Part shown: positions 9,580-20,800 of the stretch, piece by piece
Layout: every line of letters starts with the position of its first letter
How positions within the stretch are numbered: position 1 is the first letter of the stretch
From: Polyangiales bacterium
Lineage (GTDB): Bacteria > Myxococcota_A > Polyangia > Polyangiales > Ga0077539
NCBI GenBank assembly: GCA_044229975.1
Contig: JBGARZ010000013.1
Span: 32,001-96,000 of the forward strand
Length of the DNA: 64,000 bases
Direction of reading: 5' to 3'
Translations under genes and position numbers: made by a program
Notes under the pieces: model-generated
Seen by the model: the letters and a program-made list of their open reading frames with translations, nothing else
What the model was told of the DNA's origin: nothing
The model's database searches: none

Positions 9580-11166
9580 ATGAGCGCGTTGGCCACCTGG
9601 GAAGCCTCCTCCGAGGCACCGGTCTTCCTCCCGGCAGAGCTGCCCGGTGCGGTGCGCCGAGTGCGCGAGACGGTGCACATCGTCCGTGATCCCGGCGGGC
9701 GTCTCGGCCTCGCCTTCGGAGGAACCACCGGCCGCGGAACGTACCCGCTCGTCGCGACGCTGCCGCCGATGTTCCCGGAGTGGTTGGGCGATCGGGCCTT
9801 CGTCGAGGCCCACGGTCTGCGCTTCCCCTACGTGACCGGCGAGATGGCCAACGGCATCGCGACCGTGCGCATGGCGCTCGAAGCAGGCCGCGCTGGAATG
9901 CTCGGCTTCTTCGGCGCCGCGGGCCTCTCGTTCGAACGTGTCGAAGCGTCGGTGACCGAGCTCGCGCGCGAGGCGGCGGGGAAGTTTCCGTGGGGCGTCA
10001 ACCTCATCCACTCGCCCAACGAGCCCGCGTTGGAAGAGCGCGTCGCGGCCCTGCTCATCGAGCGCGACGTGAAGCTGGTCTCCGCGTCGGCCTTCATGGG
10101 TCTCACGCCCGCCGTCGTGCGGCTCGCCTATGCGGGCGTTCGCACCGACGCATCGGGAACGGTCGTTCGTCCGCGCACCCTCTTCGCCAAGATCTCGCGC
10201 GCCGAAGTCGCGCGACGCTTCCTCGCACCGGCGCCCGCGGACATGGTTCGGGCGCTCGTCGCGAAGGGATGGCTCACCGAAGCCGAAGCGGCGCTCGCGG
10301 CGCGCTTGCCCGTCGCCGAGGTGCTCACCGTCGAAGCCGACAGCGGCGGCCACACCGACAACCAGTGCCTCACCGCGCTCCTGCCGACGATGCTGCTGGT
10401 GCGCGACGAGCTCGTCGCCAGGCACGAGTACACGCGGCCCATCCACGTCGGCGCGGCGGGCGGCATCGGGACGCCGTCGGGCGTCGCGGCGGCGTTGCAG
10501 CTCGGCGCGGCCTTCGTGATGACCGGCTCGGTCAACCAGGCGGCCGTGGAGTCGGGCCTGTCCGAGTCGGGCAAGCAGCTCCTCGCGCTGGCCGACATCC
10601 CCGACGTGGCGATGTGCCCGGCGGCGGACATGTTCGAGCTCGGGGTGCAGGTGCAGGTGCTCAAGCGGGGAACGATGTTCGCCGCGCGCGCGCAGAAGCT
10701 CTACGACGCGTATCGCGCGTACGACTCGCTCGACGCCATCCCGGCGGATGTGCGGGCGCGCATCGAGAAGGACACCCTGCGCGCGAGCTGCGACGAGGTG
10801 TGGGCCGAGTGCGAGCGCTTCTGGTCGCGGCGCGATCCCCACGAGCTGGAGCGCGGGCGCACCGACCCCAAGCACAAGATGGCGCTGGTGTTTCGCTGGT
10901 ACCTCGGCAAGGCCAGCCGGTGGGCCATCGAGGGCGATGCGACGCGCGTCGCCGACTACCAGATCTGGTGCGGCCCCGTGATGGGCGCCTTCAACCGCTG
11001 GGCGGCGGGCACCTTCCTCGCCGAACCCAGGAACCGCACCGTCGCGCAGATCGGCCGCAACCTCCTCGAAGGGGCGGCGGTCATCACGCGCGTGCAGCAG
11101 CTACGAGCGTGCGGGGTGTCCGTCCCCGCCGTGGCCTTCGACTTCCGACCGCGACGTCTCGCTTGA
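9580..11166 (+). CDS. pfaD: PUFA synthase enoyl reductase (PfaD / myxobacterial Pfa1)
   Basis: GEMANGIA, VEADSGGHTDN, GAAGGIGTP, TGSVNQ, PAADMFELG and DYQIWCGP. Confidence 0.95.
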   Translation: MSALATWEASSEAPVFLPAELPGAVRRVRETVHIVRDPGGRLGLAFGGTTGRGTYPLVATLPPMFPEWLGDRAFVEAHGLRFPYVTGEMANGIATVRMALEAGRAGMLGFFGAAGLSFERVEASVTELAREAAGKFPWGVNLIHSPNEPALEERVAALLIERDVKLVSASAFMGLTPAVVRLAYAGVRTDASGTVVRPRTLFAKISRAEVARRFLAPAPADMVRALVAKGWLTEAEAALAARLPVAEVLTVEADSGGHTDNQCLTALLPTMLLVRDELVARHEYTRPIHVGAAGGIGTPSGVAAALQLGAAFVMTGSVNQAAVESGLSESGKQLLALADIPDVAMCPAADMFELGVQVQVLKRGTMFAARAQKLYDAYRAYDSLDAIPADVRARIEKDTLRASCDEVWAECERFWSRRDPHELERGRTDPKHKMALVFRWYLGKASRWAIEGDATRVADYQIWCGPVMGAFNRWAAGTFLAEPRNRTVAQIGRNLLEGAAVITRVQQLRACGVSVPAVAFDFRPRRLA

Positions 11167-11179
11167 ACAAGGACCTCCG

Positions 11180-14100
11180 ATGACCACCCGCCACCAGATT
11201 CCCATCGCCGTCGTCGGCATGGGCGCGCTGCTCCCCGGATCGACCGACCTCGCCGGAGCCTGGCGCGACATCGTCACCGGCAAGGACCTCTTGAGCGATG
11301 TTCCGCCCGGTCACTGGCTGATCGAGGACTACTACGACGCCGACCCCCACGCGCCCGACAAGACCTACGCGAAGCGCGGCGGCTTTCTCCCCGATGTGCC
11401 CTTCGACCCGATGGAGTTCGGTGTCCCGCCGTCCATCGTCCCGGCGACGGACACCGCGCAACTGCTCGCGCTGATGGTGGCGCAGCGCACGCTCGAAGAC
11501 GCGACCGGCGGCGACATCGCCTCGCTCGACAAGGAGCGCGTCTCGACGCTCATGGGCGTCACCAGCGCGCAGGAGTTGTTGGGTGAGATGAACAGCCGCC
11601 TCCAGCGCCCGGTGTGGGTGAAGGCGCTGCGCGAGGCGGGTCTCGGTGAGACCGAGGTGCAGTCCATCTGCGACCGCATCAGCGCCAGCTATGTTCCGTG
11701 GCAGGAGTCGTCCTTCCCTGGGTTGTTGGGCAACGTGGTGGCAGGGCGCATCGCCAACCGCTTCGACCTGCGCGGCACCAACGCCGTCACCGACGCGGCC
11801 TGCGCGAGCTCGCTCGCGGCGCTGTCCATGGGCATCAACGAGCTTCAGCTCGGCCAGGCCGACCTCGTCCTCGGCGGCGGCGTCGACACCATGAACGACA
11901 TCTTCATGTTCATGTGCTTCTCCAAGACGCCTGCGTTGTCGGCGTCTGGTGACTGCCGCCCGTTCTCCGACGCCGCCGACGGAACGATGCTGGGCGAGGG
12001 CCTGGTGATGTTCGCGCTCATGCGTCTCGACGACGCCGAGAAGCAGGGCAAGCGCATCTACGCCGTCATCAAGGGCGTCGGCTCTTCCTCCGACGGTCGC
12101 GCCAAGAGCGTGTACGCGCCCGTTCCCGAGGGTCAGGCGCGGGCGCTGCGGCGCACGTACGAAGTGGCTGGCTACGGCCCCGAGACGGTGGAGCTCGTCG
12201 AGGCCCACGGCACCGGAACCAAGGCGGGCGACGCCGCGGAGTTCGAGGGTCTCGCGACGGTGTTCGGGGAGGCGAAGAAGGGCCCCGCGTGGTGCGCGCT
12301 CGGCTCCATCAAGTCGCAGATCGGCCACACCAAGTCGGCCGCCGGCGCCGCGGGTCTGATGAAGGCCGTGCTCGCGCTGCACCACAAGGTGCTGCCGCCC
12401 ACCATCAAGATCGATCGCCCCAACCCCAAGATGGGCCTGGAGACCAGCGCGTTCTATCTCAACACCCAGAGCCGCCCGTGGATTCGCGACGCGTCGCACC
12501 CGCGGCGCGCGTCGGTGTCGAGCTTCGGCTTCGGCGGCAGCAACTTCCACGTCGCGCTGGAGGAGTACGTCGGACCCGGCAAGCGCCCCGCGCGCAGCTC
12601 GACGCGCCCGACGGAGCTGTTCATCTTCTCGGCGGCGACACCCGCGGCAGTGGTCGCAGCAGCCAAGAGCTTCGCGAGCGTCGAGGGTGACCTCGCGCTG
12701 CGTGCGCGGGAGAGCCGGGCGAGCTTCAAGGCAGCCGAGCCGTCGCGCTTGTCGGTGGTGGCCTCGTCGCTGGCCGATCTGCTCGCGCAGGTCGAAGCGT
12801 CGGCGGAAGCCATCGCGAAGGGCGCGGCGCTGTCGACCCCGGCGGGTCTGACCTTCACCGACGGCGCGACCAGCGGGTCGGTGGGCTTCCTCTTCCCCGG
12901 ACAGGGATCGCAGTACGTCGGCATGGGCGCCGACGTGGCCATGGAGTTCGACGCCGCGCGCGACGCGTGGGACCGCTCGGCCGCCCTGCGCTTCGACGGC
13001 AAGACGCTGCACGAGATGGTGTTTGCGCAGCCGGTGTTCAGCGACGAGGCGCGCGAGGCGCAGCAGGTCGCGCTGACGGCGACGGAGTGGGCGCAGCCTG
13101 CGATCGGTGCGGCGAGCCTGGCGCTGTTGGGCGTGTTGCGCGCGCTGGGCGTGAAGCCCGACGCGGTCGCGGGTCACTCGTACGGCGAGGTGACGGCCCT
13201 GCACGCGGCGGGTGTGCTCGACGAGGCGGCGTTTGTCGGCGTGTCGCGCAAGCGCGGCGAGCTGATGCGCGACGCCGCGTCGACGACGGCGGGCGCGATG
13301 ACGGCGGTGGTGGCGAAGGCCGAGGAGCTGCGGCCGCTCATGGCGCAGTGGGGCCTCGACGTGGTGCTCGCCAACCACAACGGGCCGAAGCAGGCGGTGC
13401 TGTCGGGTCCGACGGCGGCCATCGCGGCGGCCGAGGAGAAGCTCACCGCGGCCAAGATCGGCTTCAAGCGGCTCGGGGTCGCGACGGCGTTTCACAGCTC
13501 GGTGGTGGCGGCGTCGTGTGTTCCGTTTGGCGAGCACCTCGCGACGGTGGACTTCGGTGCGCCCGCGATGCCCGTGTACGGCAACGCGTCGGCGGCGCCG
13601 TACCCCACGGATGCGAAGTCGATGCGCGCGATTCTCGGCGGGCAGATCGCCCAGCCGGTGCGCTTCGTCGAGGAGATCGAGGCGATGTACGCGGCGGGGG
13701 TTCGCACCTTCGTCGAGGTGGGTCCGTCGGCGGTGCTCACTGACCTCGTGGGGCGCATCCTCAAGGGGCGCCCGCACCTCGCCATCGCGCTCGACCGCAA
13801 GGGCAAGCACGGCGTGACCGCCCTGCAAGAGTCCCTCGGTCGCCTCGCGGTGGCGGGCGTGAAGCTCGACTTCGTGGGCCTGGAGGGTGAAGTGCCCGCG
13901 GCGCCGAAGGCGAAGAAGAAGCCCGCGATGACGCTGTCGCTCAACGGCTCCAACTACGCCAAGCCGTATCCGCCGAAGGGCGGCGCGGCGGAGCTGCCGA
14001 AGCCCAACCCCGAGCGTCAGCCCGAGGTGATTCGCATCGTGGAGCGGGTGGAAGTGCCCGTGGAGGTTCCGGTGGCCGCGAGCGCGGCGCCGGTGGGCGA

Positions 14101-17100
14101 CGACGTGCAGCACGCGTGGGTGCGCGCGTACCAGGACATGCAGCGCCAGACGGCCGACGCGCACGCGTCGTATCAGCGGGCGACGGCGGACTCGCACGCG
14201 GCGTTCTTGCGGGCGGCCGAGACGTCGATGTCGACGCTTGCGACCATGTTGACGGGTGTTGCGACAGCCCATCCGGTCCCTGCGACGTACAGCCCACCCG
14301 TTGCGATGCAGGCACAGCCCGTTGCGGCGCCCTCCCAGGTCATTGTTGCGCCTGTCCGGCCCGTTGTTGCGCCCTCCCAGGCGGCTGTTGCGCCCGTGCA
14401 ACCCGTTGCGACGCCCGTTCAACCGGTTGCGGCGCAGGCGAAGCCCGCTGCGGTGGCCGTCGACCTCGAGAAACTCATGATGGAGATCGTCGCCGAGAAG
14501 ACGGGCTACCCCGTCGCGATGCTCGCCGTCTCCATGGAGCTCGAAGCCGACCTCGGCATCGACTCCATCAAGCGCGTCGAGATCCTCTCCACGATGCGCG
14601 AGCGCGCTCCCGGCCTCGGCGAAGTGAACCCCAATGAGCTCGCCAAGCTCCGCACGCTCGGTCAGATCGTCGACCACATGCGCGGGCGCCTCGGCAGCGT
14701 CGCAGCGGCAGCTCCTGTCGCAGCAGCGGCTCCCGCCGTGGATCTTGAGAAGCTGATGATGGAGATCGTCGCCGAGAAGACGGGCTACCCCGTGGCGATG
14801 CTGGGCGTTCAGATGGAGCTGGAGGCCGACCTGGGCATCGACTCCATCAAGCGCGTGGAGATTCTCTCCACGATGCGTGAGCGCGCGCCGGGTCTGGGTG
14901 AGGTCAATCCCAACGAGCTCGCCAAGCTGCGGACGCTCGGGCAGATCGTCGATCACATGCGCGGCACCCTCGGTGCGGCGGCGCCCAAGGCGGCTCCGGT
15001 CGCGGCGGCTCCGGCCGTCGATCTGGAGAAGCTGATGATGGAGATCGTCGCGGAGAAGACGGGCTACCCCGTCGCGATGCTCGGCCTCTCCATGGAGCTC
15101 GAAGCCGACCTCGGCATCGACTCCATCAAGCGCGTCGAGATCCTCTCGACGATGCGCGAGCGCGCGCCGGGTCTCGGCGAAGTGAACCCCAACGAGCTCG
15201 CCAAGCTCCGCACGCTCGGACAGATCGTCGATCACATGCGCGGCAGCTCGGCGGCCCCGGCCGCGACGACGACCGCGACGGCAACCGTGACGAAGGCGGC
15301 GCCCATCCGGCGGCTGGCGGTGCGATCGCGGGCGGTTGTTCGGCCGGGCGTCGCGGTGGCGGGCCTGCTCGGCGCGCGCAAGCTCGTGGTGACCTCGGAC
15401 GGCGGCGCGCTCGCGGGCCTCGTGGTCGCGCGACTCGCGGCGGCGGGCGTGGCGGCGGAGCTGGTGACCGACGTCCCCGCGGACGCAGACGCCGCGGTGC
15501 TGCTGGGCGGGATGCGCGCGGTGACGACGCGCGACGAGGCGCTGGCGGTGCATCGCGAGGCGTTCCGCGCGGCGCGGGCGGTGGCGGCGAAGTTCACGGC
15601 GAGGGGGGGGCTCTTCGTGACGGTGCAGGACACCGGCGGCGACTTCGGCCTGTCGGGTCGATCGCCCCTGCGCGCCTGGACGGCGGGCGTCGCGGCGCTC
15701 GCTCGCACCGCGGCCCGCGAGTGGCCCAAGGCGCACGTTCGGGCGCTCGACGTGGAGCGCGCGACGCGCAGCGACGCGGAGGTGGCGCAGGTCATCGTCG
15801 ACGAGCTGCTGCTGGGCGGTTCGTGCGTCGAAGTGGGCCTCGGCGCGGACGGCTCACGCGTGACGCTCGACTCGGTGGAAGCACCCGTCGACGGAACGCC
15901 CGTCACCCTCGACGCGACCTCCGTGGTGCTCGCCTCGGGCGGAGCGCGCGGTGTCACGGCGGCCTCGCTGGAGGCGCTGGCGAAGGCCACGAAGGCGACG
16001 ATGGTGCTGCTCGGTCGCACCGCGCTCGCGGACGAAGGCGCGGCGACCAAGGGCGCGCGCGACGAGGCGGGGCTCAAGCGGGCGCTGCTCGAAGACGCCG
16101 CCGCCAGGGGCGCGAAGGTGACCCCGGCGGAGGTCGGCGCGAAGGCGCAGGCGATCCTGGCGACGCGCGAGGTGCGCGCGACGATGGCGTCGATGGAGGC
16201 GGCCGGGTCGAAGGTTCGCTACCTCGCGGTGGACGTGCAGGACGCGGCGAAGCTCGCGGCGGCGCTCGACGGCGTGCGGAAGGACTTCGGTCCCATCACG
16301 GCGCTGGTGCACGGCGCGGGCGTGCTCGCGGACAAGCTGCTCGCCGAGAAGACCGATGCGCAGTTCGATCGGGTGTTCGACACGAAGGTGCTGGGCCTCG
16401 CGGCGCTGCTCGACGCGACGGCGGGTGATCCGCTGCGGTCGATCGAGCTGTTCTCGTCGGTGGCGGCGCGCGCGGGCAACCCGGGCCAGTCGGACTACGC
16501 GATGGCCAACGAGGTGCTCAACGCCGTCGCGTGCGCCGAGCGGGCGAAGCGGCCGGGCTGCGCCGTGTCGTCGGTGGGCTGGGGGCCGTGGGAGGGCGGC
16601 ATGGTCACGTCGTCGCTCAAGGCGCACTTCGAGAAGGCGGGCGTGACGTTGGTTCCGCTCGCGACGGGGGCGCGCATCTTCATCGACGAGCTCACGCACC
16701 GCGCGACGGACGGCGTGCTGGTGGTGGGCGCCACGGCGGGCGACGACGCGCTGGGCGTGAGCGGCGAGCGCGTGAGCGAGACCGAGGTGCTGGTGAGCGC
16801 GAAGACGCACCCCGAGGTGGGCGATCACCGCATCGCGGGCGCGCCGGTGCTGCCGGTGGCGCTGGCGGTGGAGTTTCTCGTGCGCGGCGCGGCGGACTTC
16901 GCGGGCGGCGGACGGCCCCTCGCGGTGCGCGACGTGAAGGTGCTGCGCGGCGTGCGGCTGGAGCACTACGACGGACGCGGTGATCGGTTGGTGGTGCGCG
17001 CTCGCGTGGCGGGCGACGTCATCGCGGTGGAGCTGCGCGGGCCCAACGACGCATTGCACTACTCGGCGCTGGTGGACGCACGGGATGACGCCACGCCGCT

Positions 17101-17581
17101 CGCGCTCGGGCGCAACCCGGCGGGGCTCACGCCGTGGGTCGCGCGGGCGGAGATCTACGACGGGCACGTGCTCTTCCATGGGCCGCGGTTCCAGGTGATC
17201 CGCGGGGTGGATGGGGTGTCGGACGAGGGGCTCGTGGCGCGGGTCGAAGGGCTCGTCGCGCGCGGCTGGACCTCGGACGACTTCCGCACCGATCCGGCGG
17301 TGACCGACGGCGCGCTCCAGGCCGCGGTGCTCTGGGCGGAGGGTCCGCTCGGTGGGGCGGCGTTGCCGATGTCCGTCGGGGCGATGCGCCTCGCGGGGCC
17401 GGGGCCGGCGAGCAGCGAGCTGCGGGCGACGGTGCGGGCGCGCTCGGTGAGCGGGGCGCGCGCGACGTGCGACGTGTTCGTGACGGGCGCGGACGGCGAG
17501 ACGTTTGCGGTGCTCGAAGAGGTGGCGCTGGTGCAGCGGCCCGGAGAGCCCGGTCGCGCGGTAACTCCGGCAGCGGTCTAG
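11180..17581 (+). CDS. pfaA: PUFA synthase KS-MAT-(ACP)3-KR-DH (PfaA / myxobacterial Pfa2)
   Basis: KS: DAACASS, EAHGTGT, GHTK. MAT: GHSYG, AFHS. Three ACPs with LGIDSIKRVEIL. KR: GGARGV, YAMAN. DH: DHRIAGAPVLP. Confidence 0.95.
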   Translation: MTTRHQIPIAVVGMGALLPGSTDLAGAWRDIVTGKDLLSDVPPGHWLIEDYYDADPHAPDKTYAKRGGFLPDVPFDPMEFGVPPSIVPATDTAQLLALMVAQRTLEDATGGDIASLDKERVSTLMGVTSAQELLGEMNSRLQRPVWVKALREAGLGETEVQSICDRISASYVPWQESSFPGLLGNVVAGRIANRFDLRGTNAVTDAACASSLAALSMGINELQLGQADLVLGGGVDTMNDIFMFMCFSKTPALSASGDCRPFSDAADGTMLGEGLVMFALMRLDDAEKQGKRIYAVIKGVGSSSDGRAKSVYAPVPEGQARALRRTYEVAGYGPETVELVEAHGTGTKAGDAAEFEGLATVFGEAKKGPAWCALGSIKSQIGHTKSAAGAAGLMKAVLALHHKVLPPTIKIDRPNPKMGLETSAFYLNTQSRPWIRDASHPRRASVSSFGFGGSNFHVALEEYVGPGKRPARSSTRPTELFIFSAATPAAVVAAAKSFASVEGDLALRARESRASFKAAEPSRLSVVASSLADLLAQVEASAEAIAKGAALSTPAGLTFTDGATSGSVGFLFPGQGSQYVGMGADVAMEFDAARDAWDRSAALRFDGKTLHEMVFAQPVFSDEAREAQQVALTATEWAQPAIGAASLALLGVLRALGVKPDAVAGHSYGEVTALHAAGVLDEAAFVGVSRKRGELMRDAASTTAGAMTAVVAKAEELRPLMAQWGLDVVLANHNGPKQAVLSGPTAAIAAAEEKLTAAKIGFKRLGVATAFHSSVVAASCVPFGEHLATVDFGAPAMPVYGNASAAPYPTDAKSMRAILGGQIAQPVRFVEEIEAMYAAGVRTFVEVGPSAVLTDLVGRILKGRPHLAIALDRKGKHGVTALQESLGRLAVAGVKLDFVGLEGEVPAAPKAKKKPAMTLSLNGSNYAKPYPPKGGAAELPKPNPERQPEVIRIVERVEVPVEVPVAASAAPVGDDVQHAWVRAYQDMQRQTADAHASYQRATADSHAAFLRAAETSMSTLATMLTGVATAHPVPATYSPPVAMQAQPVAAPSQVIVAPVRPVVAPSQAAVAPVQPVATPVQPVAAQAKPAAVAVDLEKLMMEIVAEKTGYPVAMLAVSMELEADLGIDSIKRVEILSTMRERAPGLGEVNPNELAKLRTLGQIVDHMRGRLGSVAAAAPVAAAAPAVDLEKLMMEIVAEKTGYPVAMLGVQMELEADLGIDSIKRVEILSTMRERAPGLGEVNPNELAKLRTLGQIVDHMRGTLGAAAPKAAPVAAAPAVDLEKLMMEIVAEKTGYPVAMLGLSMELEADLGIDSIKRVEILSTMRERAPGLGEVNPNELAKLRTLGQIVDHMRGSSAAPAATTTATATVTKAAPIRRLAVRSRAVVRPGVAVAGLLGARKLVVTSDGGALAGLVVARLAAAGVAAELVTDVPADADAAVLLGGMRAVTTRDEALAVHREAFRAARAVAAKFTARGGLFVTVQDTGGDFGLSGRSPLRAWTAGVAALARTAAREWPKAHVRALDVERATRSDAEVAQVIVDELLLGGSCVEVGLGADGSRVTLDSVEAPVDGTPVTLDATSVVLASGGARGVTAASLEALAKATKATMVLLGRTALADEGAATKGARDEAGLKRALLEDAAARGAKVTPAEVGAKAQAILATREVRATMASMEAAGSKVRYLAVDVQDAAKLAAALDGVRKDFGPITALVHGAGVLADKLLAEKTDAQFDRVFDTKVLGLAALLDATAGDPLRSIELFSSVAARAGNPGQSDYAMANEVLNAVACAERAKRPGCAVSSVGWGPWEGGMVTSSLKAHFEKAGVTLVPLATGARIFIDELTHRATDGVLVVGATAGDDALGVSGERVSETEVLVSAKTHPEVGDHRIAGAPVLPVALAVEFLVRGAADFAGGGRPLAVRDVKVLRGVRLEHYDGRGDRLVVRARVAGDVIAVELRGPNDALHYSALVDARDDATPLALGRNPAGLTPWVARAEIYDGHVLFHGPRFQVIRGVDGVSDEGLVARVEGLVARGWTSDDFRTDPAVTDGALQAAVLWAEGPLGGAALPMSVGAMRLAGPGPASSELRATVRARSVSGARATCDVFVTGADGETFAVLEEVALVQRPGEPGRAVTPAAV
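14459..15243 (+). repeat. Three tandem near-identical ACP-coding repeats in pfa2
   Basis: VDLEKLMMEIVAEKTGYPVAML...LGQIVDHMRG occurs three times, differing mainly at synonymous sites. Confidence 0.95.
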
Positions 17582-17850
17582 TGCCTTGGCACAAGGGATG
17601 TGACGTGTTGGGGCCGTTGGTTCTGCGAGGGTTGGCCGCAAGGGCGCAAGGGTCGCAAGGGAGTGATCCTGGGATGCGGTCTCGTGCTCCCCATGGCCTG
17701 AGATCAAACCTCTCCGCGCCACATTTCGTGATCCCGCTGAAAACGGGTCATCGCCTGACCCTCACTCCTCCTTGCGACCCTTGCGCCCTTGCGGCTGATT
17801 TCCTGCGGCCACTGCCCCAAACCTTCATGTCCCCCGTGGAACGGTACTAG
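17578..17850. mobile_element. MITE/REP-like palindromic insertion flanked by CTAG, between pfa2 and pfa3
   Basis: Ends CTAGTGCC...GGTACTAG. Perfect 26-bp inverted repeat GCCGCAAGGGCGCAAGGGTCGCAAGG at 17635-17660 / 17770-17795, with further degenerate pairing outside it. Confidence 0.7.
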
Positions 17851-17853
17851 TCG

Positions 17854-20800
17854 ATGCCCTTCGAACCGATCGCCGTCGTCGGACGGTCGTGCGTGCTTCC
17901 GGGCGCGCTCGACCCGACCGCCCTCTGGAACAACGTTCGGGCGGGGCGCGACCTCGTGGCGCCAGCTCCCGAGGGGCGCTGGTCGCTGCCGCGCAACGAC
18001 GCCATGGGAACGACCGCGAGCCACGCCGACCGCACCTGGACGGACGCAGGCGGCTACGTCACGGGCTTCGACGCGGTGTTCGATCCGACGGGGTTCAGGG
18101 TCGCGGCGGACGAGGTGCGGGCGCTCGACGCGGTGTTCCGGTGGACGCTGCACGGCGTGCGTGAGGCGCTGCGAAGCGCGAAGCGCGAGGGCACGGCGAC
18201 GACGGGCCTCGTGATGGGCAACCTGTCGTTTCCGTCGGCCTCGATGGCGGCCTACGCGGAGCACCTGTGGCTGGTCGATCAGGGGCTCGCGACCGGTGCC
18301 GGGCCGCACCCGCGCAACCGCTTCACGTCGGGGATGCCCGCGCTGTACGCGGCGAAGGCGCTGGGGCTCGGCGCGGGTGCGCTGGCGCTCGACGCGGCGT
18401 GTGCGTCGTCGCTCTACGCCATCAAGCTGGCGTGCGATCGGCTCCAGGCGCGCGAGGTCGACACCATGGTCGCGGGCGCGGTGAGCGCGGCCGACGATCT
18501 GTTCATCCACATCGGGTTCTGCGCGCTGTCGGCCATGAGCCGAACGGGTCGCAGCCGTCCCTTCGACAAGGCGGCCGATGGTCTGGTGCCCGCGGAGGGT
18601 GCGGCCTTCGTGGTGCTGCGACGGTTGTCCGACGCGGTGCGCGACGGGGACACCATCCTCGGCGTGATTCGCGGAGTGGGCCTCTCCAACGACGGGCGCG
18701 GCCGGGGGCTGCTGGCGCCGAGCGAAGAGGGCCAGGTCAGGGCGATGCGGGCGGCGTGGGCGAGCGCGGGTCTCGCGCCGTCGGACGTCGGGCTCGTCGA
18801 GTGCCACGCGACCGGAACGCCCGTGGGCGACGCCGTCGAAGTGCACAGCATGGCGGAGGTGTTCGCGGGGGCGCGAGACGTCCCCATCGGGTCGCTGAAG
18901 AGCAACCTGGGGCACCTCATCACGGCGGCCGGAGCGGCGGGTCTGCTCAAGGTGATCGCGGCGATGGAAGCGGGCGAACGACCGCCGACGCTGCACGCCG
19001 ACGACGCGATCGATGCGCTGGCGGGGACGCCGTTCAGGTTGCTGCGGGAGCCGGAGCGGTGGATGGGGCCGAAGCGCGCGACGGTGAGCGCGTTCGGGTT
19101 CGGCGGCAACAACGCGCATTTGATTGTTGAAGCGTTTGATGGGGCGTCGCCCGCGATCGCCACGCGCACGACGAAGCCCGCGGCGGTCGCCATCGTGGGC
19201 ATCGGGGCGCGCGTCGGGTCGGGGGATGGGCGCGGGGATTTTGTTCGCACGTTGATGAGCGGGCGGGTCGACGACCAGGCGCGCGAGAGCGTGGTGGTCG
19301 ACGCGGAGGGGCTGCGCTTTCCGCCGAAGGATCTGGAGAAGACCCACGCGCAACAGCTCATGGTGCTGGAAGCGGCGCGCGAGGCCGCGGCCGTGGGTGG
19401 ACTCGATCGCGAGACCACAGCGGTGATCGTCGGCATGGGGACCGACCCGGCGGTGGCGAGGCACGGCGCGCGTTGGCGGCTGGGCGCGCGGACGGCGGGC
19501 GCCGAAGGGGTCGACGCGACGTGGATCGCGCAGGCGAAGGACGCGCTCGCGCCGACGCTGGAGGCCGCGGGCGTGGTCGGGACGATGCCCAACATGCCGG
19601 CCAACCGGGTGTGCAGTCAGCTCGACCTCGGCGGGATGGGCTTCACCGTCTCGGCGGAAGAGGGCTCGGGGCTCGCGGCGCTTCGCATCGCCGCGCACGC
19701 GCTGCGGGCGGGTGAGATCGACGCCGCGCTCGTGGGTGCGGTGGACCTCTCGCACGACCTGGTTCATGCGGCGGCGCTACACGCGCTGGGTGTCGATCGA
19801 CCGTCGGGTGATGCCGCGGTGGTGCTGACGCTGCGACGACTCGACGACGCGCGGGCGGACGGGCAGCCGGTGCTCGCGGTGCTCGACGAGGGCGACGGCG
19901 AGGCGGTGGAGACGGTCGGGCTGTTTGGTCACGCGCACGCGGCGACGTCGCTGGTGGACGTGGCGGCGGCGGCGCTGGCGGTGGGGCACGGGTTCAGGTT
20001 CGGCGCGGGGACGGCGGGGCGCGCGTGGTTGGGCGAGCGGAAGGCGCGCGTCGAGACGACGGTGCTCGATGGCGCGAACGCGTCGGTGACGCTGCGCGGG
20101 GACGGGGCGGTTCCGTTGTTCACGGCGGGCGCGCTGGTGTTGCGGGTGTACTCGGGTGGCGACCGCGCCGCGGTGGCGCAAGCGCTCGCGGCGGGCAGGG
20201 AGTCGTCCGCGGGGCCGGCGCGGCTGGTGCTCGTGGGGACGAGCGAGGAGATGCCTGCGCGCGTCGAGGCGGCGCAGCGGGCGCTCGCGGGTGGTGGAGC
20301 GATGCCCGAGGGGGCGGCGTTCGGCGAGCGGGCGGTGGGTGGGGATGTGGCGTCGGTGTTTACCGGCGCGGCGGCGGGGTATGTGGGCATGGGCCGCGAC
20401 CTGACGCTGGCCTTCCCTGCCCTGGTGGAGAAGCTCGGTCGGCGCTCGTCGGGCGTGATCGCGGCGACGCGGTGGGCCTTCGATGGCGGCGACAAGCACC
20501 CGCTCGATCAGTTGTGGGGGACGACGTACCTCTGCCAGTTGCACGCGCTGCTGGTGTCGGATGTCTTCGGGCTGAAACCGCGCGCGACGCTCGGCTACTC
20601 CTCGGGCGAGACCAACGCCCTCTTCGCCGCCCACCTCTGGAACGACTTCGACGCCATGATGTCCGCCTCACGCGAGGCGCCCCTCTTCAAGGACGACCTC
20701 TGCGGGGAGTTCAGGGCGTGCCGAACACTGTGGGGACTGCCCGACGGTCGATGGCAGGCGTACTCCGTGGTGGCACCCGTCGAGCGTGTCCGCGAGGCGC

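Noticed and set aside
14459..15243. Repeats as a possible CRISPR array (also 38587-38742)
   Set aside because: They are in-frame coding repeats without unique spacers, and no cas genes are present.
11084..15736. 1550-aa minus-strand ORF, and similar long antisense ORFs (17704-19767, 20668-24153, 24301-26772, 27353-29377, 48983-51400)
   Set aside because: These are Arg/His/Gly-rich shadows of well-supported plus-strand genes, expected in high-GC DNA.
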